NCBI GenBank assembly: GCA_963822585.1
Contig: CAWGIE010000031.1
Coordinates: forward strand, 64,001-128,000
Length of the DNA stretch: 64,000 nucleotides
Direction: 5' to 3'
DNA from: an uncultured bacterium
Lineage (GTDB): Bacteria > Auribacterota > Erginobacteria > Erginobacterales > Erginobacteraceae
The notes beneath the pieces are model-generated. The model saw nothing but the letters and a program-made list of their open reading frames with translations. It was not told where the DNA came from and ran no database searches. Made by a program: the position numbers and the translations under genes. Below are positions 42,237-50,350 of this stretch, one piece after another (position 1 is the stretch's first letter; every line of letters begins with the position of its first letter).

Positions 42237-42479
42237 CTATTCGAGATCCTCTATTCTGGTTACTTTGCCCTCCCGGGATTCTTTCCGAGCCTGGTTAATC
42301 ATCTTCACAAAGTGTGGGTCATTAAGAAGTCTGTATTCGATATACTCGTCCTCATTTGCAAAGCCCATGAGAACGCCAACAGGTCTTCCATGGTTTGTGA
42401 TAATGACCTCTTCCCTAATTGAATTCTTTACATAGGAAGAAAGATGGTCCTTCAGTTCGCTCAGTGCTGCTGTGATCAT
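42237..42479 (-). CDS. Phd/YefM-family antitoxin
   Basis: SELKDHLSSYV...EVIITNHGRPVGVL; ATG overlaps the toxin stop (ATGA). Confidence 0.85.
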   Translation of the reverse strand: MITAALSELKDHLSSYVKNSIREEVIITNHGRPVGVLMGFANEDEYIEYRLLNDPHFVKMINQARKESREGKVTRIEDLE

Positions 42480-42772
42480 GATGATTTTCCCCCGTATTTT
42501 GCAAGCCACTCGGCAGTGCCGTCCTTTGGGACGATCGCCAGGACTATAACAGTCTGACCGACCACATCATAGAATATCCGGTACGGATCCAAACGAAGAC
42601 GGTATTCAGGATGTTCCATCTCGCGAAGTCGTTTAATCCGACTCCGGCTGATTTTAATCGGCTCTTGTCTGAGATGTACCTCCAATCCATTTTTGACCAA
42701 TACTCGCCCGCTGGCGCTCAGCGCACGATAGTGCGTCTTTGCTGTGTTGGTCAGTACAATCTCATATCTCAT
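42476..42772 (-). CDS. RelE/ParE-family toxin
   Basis: 98 aa, IKRLR...YRLRLDPYRIFYDV...VLAI. Confidence 0.85.
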   Translation of the reverse strand: MRYEIVLTNTAKTHYRALSASGRVLVKNGLEVHLRQEPIKISRSRIKRLREMEHPEYRLRLDPYRIFYDVVGQTVIVLAIVPKDGTAEWLAKYGGKSS

Positions 42773-42851
42773 GATATAAAGATAGCATATTTCTGGCCAG
42801 AATCAAGGCCATATTTTTCAAGCCGGGAGTAGGATAATCTTTCTGCCGAAC

Positions 42852-43382
42852 TCACCGGGGGTGTGCTGGTAATATAATCTTCAGAGCTTCTGAGATGTCC
42901 TTGATTCGATGATTACCATTAACTTCCTGGTTATAGGGAGCGTCAAGAAGGATGGAGGTACATCCAGCCTTTTGGCCCGCTTCCATGTCCTTCCAGGTAT
43001 CTCCGATGATGAAAGAACTTCCGATGTCTATCCCCCACTTCTCAGCCGCCTGAACGATCATCCCCGGTTTCGGCTTGCGGCAATCGCATCCATCTTCATC
43101 ATCGTGAGGGCAGACAATGATGTCATCAACCGGGAGCGACCGGCCGATCAGAGCATGTATCCCGTCAAGTTCGGCGCTCGTCACCCGGCCCCGGGTCAGA
43201 TCCGGTTGATTCGTCACGACGACAATAATATAACCGGCATCCTTGAGTACGGATAAAAATCGTTCTATGCCCGGCGTGAACTGAAAATCGCTCAACGTCC
43301 TCGGTGAATACGGTTTCCCGTCTTTGATGATGACCCGGTTAATCACTCCGTCCCGGTCCAGAAATATCGCTCGCTTTAACAT
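42852..43382 (-). CDS. gmhB: D-glycero-D-manno-heptose 1,7-bisphosphate phosphatase (HAD-IIIA)
   Basis: FLDRDGVIN, VTNQ, CPH...CDCRKPKPGM, IGD...D. Confidence 0.9.
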   Translation of the reverse strand: MLKRAIFLDRDGVINRVIIKDGKPYSPRTLSDFQFTPGIERFLSVLKDAGYIIVVVTNQPDLTRGRVTSAELDGIHALIGRSLPVDDIIVCPHDDEDGCDCRKPKPGMIVQAAEKWGIDIGSSFIIGDTWKDMEAGQKAGCTSILLDAPYNQEVNGNHRIKDISEALKIILPAHPR

Positions 43383-43386
43383 TTAG

Positions 43387-43576
43387 AAATTAGCGCTTTG
43401 CGTTAACTTTAGGTAGCCGCACCCTTTAGGGTGCGCCCCGTTTAATACGAGTCGGCTACCGTTAATTAAAATTCCGAAGCGGGAATTGAGCGCTTTGCGC
43501 TAACATTTGGTAGCCTCACCTTTTGAGGCGCATAATAAAAGATTTTAAATTACCGCCGAAGGCGGCAATTTAAAAT
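43387..43576. repeat. Cluster of REP-like hairpins, including a GTAG-type REP
   Basis: gtagc-cgcaccct-tt-agggtgcg (43413-43435), degenerate copy 43510-43531, attttaaattaccgcc-gaa-ggcggcaatttaaaat (43542-43576). Confidence 0.7.
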
Positions 43577-44567
43577 GATGCGTCGCGGAAATTGACCAGG
43601 ACCCTGGAGCCCTCGAAGTCAAACCGGTAGCGCATCGGCCGCAATCCCAGTTCCTGCATCCTGTCCTTGAAGCGACGGTGATTCTCCTCCACGTAAAAGA
43701 CGAAGAACCCTCCCCCGCCGGCGCCGGAGATCTTGCCCCCCAGGGCGCCGTTTTCCCGGGCCACCCGGTAGATATTCTCAAAGCGGGGGTTGGTCATCTG
43801 CGGCGATAGTTTCTTCTTCTGTTCCCAGTGTTCGTCAAAGAGCCGGCCGACCTCTGAGAGATTCGCGCTCTCCACCGCCTCCAGGACCCGGTAGCCGATC
43901 TCCTTGATCCGGTGCATACTCTCCACGATCTCCCGCTGGTTTTTCTCGACCCCGCTCCTCTGATCGGTGAGGATGGAGGCGGAGTCGTGGGAGGTGTGGG
44001 TATAGAAGACCAGGAGGTTGCGGTTCAGTTCGTCGATGCAGTCTTCAGAGACCAGGGCGGTTCTCACCCGAACCGTTCCGTTTTGTTCGATTTCGAGGAC
44101 GGTCATCCCGCCGTAGGCGGCCATATAGGCGTCCTGCTTCCCTAGCGGCCCGCCGAGGATATCGATCTCCAGCCGGCAGGCCTCCTCGGCCAGGCCGGAG
44201 AGGCTGATGTGGTCGGATTTAAAGGTATGGAGGGCGTTCAACAGCCCTACCGTGTAGCAACTGGAGGAGCCAAGGCCGGTCCCGGCCGGAATATCGGCGA
44301 TCGAGACCACCTCGATCCCCCGCTCGATCCCCATCAGCTTCAGGGCTTCCCGGGCGATGTCATGTCGGATCTCCCCCGTCGTCGCCACCGTCTCGGCCTG
44401 GGAGTACTTGACCCGGACCAGCCCGTCAAATGGCTGGTTGACGTCGATATACATATACTTGGCGATCCCGGCGGCGAAGATAAAACCCCCGTAACGGGAG
44501 TAGTAGGATGAGAGATCGGTCCCCCCCCTCCCAGGGTGATTCGAAAAGGTGTCCGAGTAATGATCAT
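43570..44567 (-). pseudogene. hddA: D-glycero-alpha-D-manno-heptose 7-phosphate kinase (GHMP), frameshifted in a G8 tract
   Basis: MIITRTPFRITLGGGG from ATG 44567 is out of frame with TDLSSYY...PAGTGLGSSS...GKQD...GAGGGGF. One more G at 44521-44528 restores GGGGTD. Confidence 0.8.
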
Positions 44568-44634
44568 GATGTGGAATTAACCCCCTGGTGTATATTTTAT
44601 CGATGTATCGGCTTTGTCGAGCGGAATATCGGCA

Positions 44635-44706
44635 TGGAGTAATGGGATGATGGAATGGTGGAGTGATGGGATGACGGGCCAAGCCTCTACGATACTCCAT
44701 CATTCC
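44635..44706. repeat. Degenerate octamer tandem repeat with an inverted partial arm
   Basis: tggagtaa tgggatga tggaatgg tggagtga tgggatga (44635-44674) and actccatcattcc (44694-44706). Confidence 0.7.
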
Positions 44707-45392
44707 TTGATTAGTTTCCTCAATTCTTCCAATCCTTCCGGGGTGCCGATCTCGTAAAAGCGCCGGAAGACCTCGTAGCCGGCAAGCTTCCCTTCCCGGG
44801 CCAGCCGCTGGTAGAGAAAATCCAGGTTATAGAGGCTTCCCGCGGGTATCCGGTCGAGGACGTCCCGGGAGAGGACCGATAACCCGTAATCGATGTAGTT
44901 TTTTCCCCGCCCGCCTTTGTCGAAGTCGGTCACCAGGCCGTCGCGGAAAACGACGTTGCTCTTCACCCAGCGGTCTTGGTTCCGGAAGACAGTCATCAAT
45001 ACCGGCTGATCGACTCGAGAAAAATAGGCAAAAACCGCCCGGTAGTCAACCTCCAAGTAGGAATCGCCATAGAGAAGAAGAAATTCCGGGCGCAGCAGGG
45101 GCGCGGCCTGCCGGAGCGCCCCCCCGGTCCCGAGCAGTTCCCCCTCTTCCCGGCTGTAGGCCAGACGTATCCCGAAGTTTCTGCCGTCCCGGAAATGCTT
45201 CTCGATCTGTCCGGCCAGGTGACCGACACAGAGAACCACTTCCTCGACACCGCCCTGTCGCAGAAGATCCAGTTGTATTTCCAAAAAAGGCCGCACGCCG
45301 ATGGGGAGCATCGCCTTGGGAATATCCCGGCAGGTTGAACCCATCCGCGTCCCCAGACCACCCGCTAAGATGACGCACTGCATAACTGACAA
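44700..45392 (-). CDS. Sugar-1-phosphate nucleotidyltransferase (HddC-like)
   Basis: ILAGGLGTRM, PKAM, LLGTGGAL, YGDSY, EIGTPEG; adjacent to hddA and gmhB. Confidence 0.85.
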   Translation of the reverse strand: MSVMQCVILAGGLGTRMGSTCRDIPKAMLPIGVRPFLEIQLDLLRQGGVEEVVLCVGHLAGQIEKHFRDGRNFGIRLAYSREEGELLGTGGALRQAAPLLRPEFLLLYGDSYLEVDYRAVFAYFSRVDQPVLMTVFRNQDRWVKSNVVFRDGLVTDFDKGGRGKNYIDYGLSVLSRDVLDRIPAGSLYNLDFLYQRLAREGKLAGYEVFRRFYEIGTPEGLEELRKLIKE

Positions 45393-45442
45393 TCTTCCCT
45401 AATCTTCATCTCTGAGCAAAATCACTGCGAACTTTGCTAAAT

Positions 45443-46378
45443 TTACCCGGACTCGATCATCTCACGGATGGACAGTCTGACGGCTTCCTTTGAACCGTAT
45501 CTCGCGGACCACCCCAGGTTGTGAATCTTCTCCAGATTGAACCTCACCCGGGGAACGTCTCCTTTCCAGCCGCGGGGGCCACCCGTGTAGCTCAGTCGCA
45601 CCTCTCTCAAGCCCATCTCCCGGATGACGATCCCGGCAATGGCGGAGACGTCGATATAATCCTCGGTGGCGACATTGAAGACATTCACCCGGCCATCGGC
45701 ATTCCGAAAGACATACAATATGGCATCGATCACATCCGAGACGTGGATATAGGATTTGCTCTGGCGTCCGTCCCCCAGGACCTCAAGTTTCGAGGGATCG
45801 CTTCCCAGTTTCCGGATAAAGTCGTACCCCACCCCGTGGGTCTGCCTCGAACCGACCACGTTGGCGAAACGGAAGATGAAACCCCGCAGATCGAAGAGGT
45901 GGCAGAAGGCGCTGACCAGGGCTTCGCCGGCCAACTTGGCCGCGCCGTACATCGAGACCGGCAGCAGCGGTCCGAAATTCTCGGCAGTGGGTGTATCCCC
46001 CACGTCGCCGTAAACCCCGCTCCCGGAGGCGTAAATAATCCCCCTGACTCCGGTGCGACGCATCGCCTCCAGGACATTGTAGGTCAATAGCGCCCCCTCC
46101 CGAAGATCGAGATCGGTCTCCATCGCTCCCCGGGCGATGTCCGGATTGGAGGCAAAGTGGCAGACCATGTCGTGTCCGGCCATCGCCGCGGTCAGTTCTT
46201 TAAGATTCCCGACTTCGCCCTCGATGAACCGAAAGTTGGGCTTCCCCAGGTGCGCCGTGAGGAACTCTCTTTTCCCGGAGGAAAGATTATCGAATACAGC
46301 CACGTAATTTTCCGCGATTAACCGGTCAGCCATATGACTGCCGATGAATCCCGCCCCCCCGGTGATAAAGTACTTCAT
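45443..46378 (-). CDS. NAD-dependent epimerase/dehydratase (extended SDR)
   Basis: ITGGAGFIG, YGAAK, RFANVVG, GDGRQSKSYIHV. Confidence 0.9.
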   Translation of the reverse strand: MKYFITGGAGFIGSHMADRLIAENYVAVFDNLSSGKREFLTAHLGKPNFRFIEGEVGNLKELTAAMAGHDMVCHFASNPDIARGAMETDLDLREGALLTYNVLEAMRRTGVRGIIYASGSGVYGDVGDTPTAENFGPLLPVSMYGAAKLAGEALVSAFCHLFDLRGFIFRFANVVGSRQTHGVGYDFIRKLGSDPSKLEVLGDGRQSKSYIHVSDVIDAILYVFRNADGRVNVFNVATEDYIDVSAIAGIVIREMGLREVRLSYTGGPRGWKGDVPRVRFNLEKIHNLGWSARYGSKEAVRLSIREMIESG

Positions 46379-46474
46379 TATATTTCTCCGAAAACTAATT
46401 AGATTTGTTCGCTTCCAGCATTATGTCTCCTATTGCAAGTCCATACATCTATGTATCTATTTGTATAAATCTTA

Positions 46475-47821
46475 TTATGGACATCTCATATCCGGCCATG
46501 GTTCCCAAAAAGAATAGAAGGGACCATCCAACAACAACCACCAGAATATTACCACTTGCGCCACCACTAAAATCGCTATGGCAAAACGAGCGGATGGCCA
46601 GCGTTCAATGATTCTTTGAAATCCATAAGCGAAAAATACGATCTGGCTGGCGCTGGAAAAATAGATAAAACGGGGATTGATAAAAGACCCCACTTGCACA
46701 TCGGGTATATACCAGGAACCGATCAATATGGCGATCAAGCCGATTAACCACCAGCCTAAAATTGGAAACCACGCGGGATCATTTTCCATTCTGATAAATC
46801 CCAAAAGAAAACCAAATACTCCAATTAGTGTAACTGGCAAAGCCACAATATAAAGCCCACTTGTTGCCCAGGGGTTGGGAGCATCAGGTAAAAATCTTGG
46901 CAATCGCCACCAAGTTAGATAGAGTTTCGACCAGAAAGACTTGTCTGCCGGTGTCAATAACTCACCAACATCGGGACTTGTAACTTTAAACGGGCCCTTG
47001 AGAATATCAATGAATCGAAAAGATAAATAATCCCAGCGGTACCTATGAATGCTTGGAGTGGGCCTCTGTATTGTTTCGTGATGAATAAAATAGCCTGTAT
47101 CCCGGTAATAACGAAAGTAGTTGTGGCTGGCTAAACTAATCCAGATTAAGGCAAATACCGTCGCCCTTATGAGGAGAGGTTTAAATCGCTCCCGAAAAAA
47201 CCACTTGCGAGACATCAGACTGAGGATGACCACCGGGCCCATAAGCGATGCGGTAGCTTTCATCAATGCCGCTATTCCGACCGCTATACCCATACAGGCT
47301 ATAGCTCGATAAGAAGGGAGAGTCGCCTTCTGCATCATAACTACCATTCCCCAGAGAGCTAAGCTACCCCAAAAACTCATAGCCATATCATTATCAATAG
47401 TGACCGAAGACGATACCCAGGAGGTAAAGGTGCCAAAAATGAGAAAGGCAAAAACTCGGGCGAAATAATCTTTAATCATTCTCCGGAGGACTAACCAAAC
47501 AAATGGGATTATTCCTAATGCCCAGAGCACTGAAAGTAACTGGACCCCTCGTCCGGGGGAGAGGGGCGCCGAGGTACCTAACGCCATCAATCCCCTGTAA
47601 ACGAAAGCGGCGATGGTATGGTGCAGAAGAGTATGCTGGGCCTGATCGTTACGATCATATAGAGGGACCGGTGGCCATCGGTGTTCACGCGCAATAAAAT
47701 CGACCACCTTGAGATGGTCATCGCCCATCAAGAGGGGAAAACGAAGGAAAGCGACTATGCAGGCGGCGACAAGCGGCAAAAGGAATATCCAATCGGGTAG
47801 TGAATATTTTATCTTATGCAT
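46475..47821 (-). CDS. GT-C (PMT_2/GT39-like) membrane glycosyltransferase (AT-rich gene)
   Basis: GDDH after TM1, QHTLLHH, IDND, LMK, PRF; about 11 TMs. Confidence 0.7.
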   Translation of the reverse strand: MHKIKYSLPDWIFLLPLVAACIVAFLRFPLLMGDDHLKVVDFIAREHRWPPVPLYDRNDQAQHTLLHHTIAAFVYRGLMALGTSAPLSPGRGVQLLSVLWALGIIPFVWLVLRRMIKDYFARVFAFLIFGTFTSWVSSSVTIDNDMAMSFWGSLALWGMVVMMQKATLPSYRAIACMGIAVGIAALMKATASLMGPVVILSLMSRKWFFRERFKPLLIRATVFALIWISLASHNYFRYYRDTGYFIHHETIQRPTPSIHRYRWDYLSFRFIDILKGPFKVTSPDVGELLTPADKSFWSKLYLTWWRLPRFLPDAPNPWATSGLYIVALPVTLIGVFGFLLGFIRMENDPAWFPILGWWLIGLIAILIGSWYIPDVQVGSFINPRFIYFSSASQIVFFAYGFQRIIERWPSARFAIAILVVAQVVIFWWLLLDGPFYSFWEPWPDMRCP

Positions 47822-47858
47822 CCCTTTTATCCTGTCAAAAATACATCAAAAAATGCAT

Positions 47859-49262
47859 TTAACGTAGCGAGGCTGCGGAAAAGGCAAGGTTCTTGAACTC
47901 CTTAAGGGACCTTACCTGCTTTAACCGATTCCAGATATAGGAAGGGCGGTAATAATACGCCCGGAAAAAACGTTTCTGCCACCTGTCCAGTGCGCCCGGA
48001 CTGAGGGCCGAACCCTTCCCCGCCAGGCCCCCGATAATAGTCGCGTCACCCCTGGTATATTCGGACCAGTAGTCGATCCCCGTTTCCTTCACCAGATCCC
48101 GGTAGATCGGCGAGGGGGGGCAGGGAACGAACTTGTTGACCTGGATGAAATCGCAGTTCAGTTCCAGGGCCAACTTGATGGTCCGGTTCACGTCTTTTGG
48201 GGTTTCGCCGGGGAGTCCGATCATAAAAAATCCCAGGGTGGTGATCCCCTCCTCGCGGCTCCAGCGGACCGCCCGGCGGATCGTCTCCCGATCCATCTCC
48301 CGGTTGAGTCTTTTCAGAATGTGGGGCGAGCCCGACTCGACACCGAGATGGACCTTCGTCAGGCCCGCCCGCTTCATTAATCTCAAAGTTTCCCGATCCA
48401 CCAGGTCGGGCCGGGTTCGGATCGACCACTTGACCTTCACCCCCCGGGATAGCAACCCCTCGCAGATCTCGACAACCCGGTTGTTGTCTATGGTGAAGCT
48501 TTCGTCCTGGAACCAGATCTCCCGGATTCCGAACCGGTTCACGCACTCCTCCATCTCCGCCACCACGTGTCCGGCCGGCCGGGCCTGGTAGCGGTTGTGG
48601 GGGACGTCGCAGTAGGCGCACTGGAAGGGGCAGCCGAGGGCGGAGACCATCACCGTGATCGGCCATTCCCGGCTCATCACGGTCGTGTAACGCTCGTTGG
48701 GGAGGAGGTGCCGGGCCGGGAAAGGAACATCCTCCAAGGTCAGATTGTCAGAGCGGGGTTCGGTTGCCCGGTATTCGCCCCCCTCCCGGTAGCAGATCCC
48801 CCGGACCGAGGCCGGCTCGGAATCAGAGCCAAGGCATTTCAAAAGTTCGGGCAGGGTATGCCAGCCCTCCCCGGTAACCCCGTAATCGATCGCGGGATGG
48901 GTCATCGTCTCGGCGGGATAGAGACTCATATGGAGACCGCCGACGATGACGGGTACCCCGGTAAACTTCTTCACTCCCTCAATCCCGGCCAGGGTATCGA
49001 GAAAATTCTCGGTGATCAGGTTATAACCGATCGCGACCGGGTTGAATTCCTTCGCCCGGCGGGCCGTCTCTTCCACGCTCAGCCGTTCCGCGAAAGCATC
49101 GATGATCCGAACCTCGAATCCCGCCTTCTCCAGCCAGGCCGCCAGGTAGGCCGTCGGGAGGTTGGGGAGGACCTGGGCCGAGCGGGTGTACTGCCGCCAG
49201 ACCTTCTCGGTGTACATCGGCCGGGGAACTTCCTGCTTCGGAATGATGAATAAAAAGCGCAT
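47859..49262 (-). CDS. B12-binding domain radical SAM protein (close paralog of 31539..32942)
   Basis: AYLAAWL, GGLHMS, GEG, LGCPFQCAYC, FQDESF, LGVESG. Confidence 0.9.
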   Translation of the reverse strand: MRFLFIIPKQEVPRPMYTEKVWRQYTRSAQVLPNLPTAYLAAWLEKAGFEVRIIDAFAERLSVEETARRAKEFNPVAIGYNLITENFLDTLAGIEGVKKFTGVPVIVGGLHMSLYPAETMTHPAIDYGVTGEGWHTLPELLKCLGSDSEPASVRGICYREGGEYRATEPRSDNLTLEDVPFPARHLLPNERYTTVMSREWPITVMVSALGCPFQCAYCDVPHNRYQARPAGHVVAEMEECVNRFGIREIWFQDESFTIDNNRVVEICEGLLSRGVKVKWSIRTRPDLVDRETLRLMKRAGLTKVHLGVESGSPHILKRLNREMDRETIRRAVRWSREEGITTLGFFMIGLPGETPKDVNRTIKLALELNCDFIQVNKFVPCPPSPIYRDLVKETGIDYWSEYTRGDATIIGGLAGKGSALSPGALDRWQKRFFRAYYYRPSYIWNRLKQVRSLKEFKNLAFSAASLR

Positions 49263-49360
49263 TTGTCCGGGCTGCTATTCGCCTTGCCGGGAATTAAAGC
49301 ATAGAATATACTAGCCTTTCCCCGGGAAACCAAGCAAATAACCCGAACCCGTAATTTTTC

Positions 49361-50089
49361 ATGCCGCTGGAAGAAAAAATCAACTGGACGGTTTTGACCC
49401 TGGTTCATAATGAGGCCGGGGCGATCGAGGGGGTGGTGAAAGAAATCCATGAGAAGATCCTCTCCCGTCTGCCGGACTCGAATCTGGTGGTGGTCGAGGA
49501 CGGGAGCACCGACGGCACCAAGGAGATCCTCTCTCGGCTCCGGGACGAACTGCATTTCACCTTACTGATGGAGACCGGGAAACAGGGTTATACCTCCGCC
49601 CTCCGCCGGGCCCTCTCGGCCGCCCGGGACCAATCCGACTTCGTCTTCTTTACCGATTCCGACGGCCAGCACGATCAGGCCGATTTCTGGATACTGAAGG
49701 ACCTGATCGCAGAGTCGGATCTGGTTATCGGGGTCAAGGAGCACCGGGAGGACTCCTGGTTCCGCAACTTCATCTCGCGGGCGATGAACCGCGTCCTGGT
49801 TCCGGTGCTTTTTGGGGATAAACTCCGGGATATCAACTGCGGTTTCCGATTGATGCGGCGGGGAGTGGTGGAATTCTGGCTGAAGGAAAACTGGTTCTTC
49901 CGGGACTGTATCTTCGCCGAACTCACCCTGCGGGCTCAGCGGGCCGGCTTCCGCATTGCCGAGATCCCCGTTCGCCACTCGATACGGAGGTTCGGCACTT
50001 CTTCCGGGCTCCCGGGCCGAAGGATGCCCCTCATCCTGCTCCGAATCGTGAAGAATTTTTTCAAACTCCGCGGAGAGCTCTCAGCTTAG
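49361..50089 (+). CDS. GT2 glycosyltransferase (polyprenol-phosphate sugar synthase-like)
   Basis: VHNEA, VEDGSTDGT, FTDSDGQH, DINCGFRL; paralog of 34705..35457. Confidence 0.88.
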   Translation: MPLEEKINWTVLTLVHNEAGAIEGVVKEIHEKILSRLPDSNLVVVEDGSTDGTKEILSRLRDELHFTLLMETGKQGYTSALRRALSAARDQSDFVFFTDSDGQHDQADFWILKDLIAESDLVIGVKEHREDSWFRNFISRAMNRVLVPVLFGDKLRDINCGFRLMRRGVVEFWLKENWFFRDCIFAELTLRAQRAGFRIAEIPVRHSIRRFGTSSGLPGRRMPLILLRIVKNFFKLRGELSA

Positions 50090-50274
50090 TGGTTCATTTC
50101 ATCAATAAGGTTACGCATCGAGGACGTCGAGGCGCCCGATCGGCCAGGCGCGAGGAGGGAAAATACTCTAGCAGTATTTGACCGACGCGCAACGCAGCAG
50201 AACGGGCGGGCACCGACTCGCGAAGCGAGTTGGTCGCGGCGGCCGAATGCCGCCTTATTGATGAAATGGGCCAC
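50089..50274. mobile_element. 186-bp MITE with 22-bp terminal IRs and a TTA target duplication
   Basis: gtggttcatttcatcaataagg / ccttattgatgaaatgggccac (20/22 match); TTA at 50086-50088 and 50275-50277. Confidence 0.8.
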
Positions 50275-50350
50275 TTAGCCTCTTCCGATTCGAGGGATCC
50301 ATCCCATTACCAAATTCTCCCCTTCAGGGAACACCCGGATTTTCCGAAAC

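Noticed and set aside
44568..44703. N-terminal extension of the 377-aa kinase ORF (MMEYRRGLARHPITPP...)
   Set aside because: It is a translation of the octamer repeat and intergenic DNA; the conserved N-terminus starts at 44567 in another frame.
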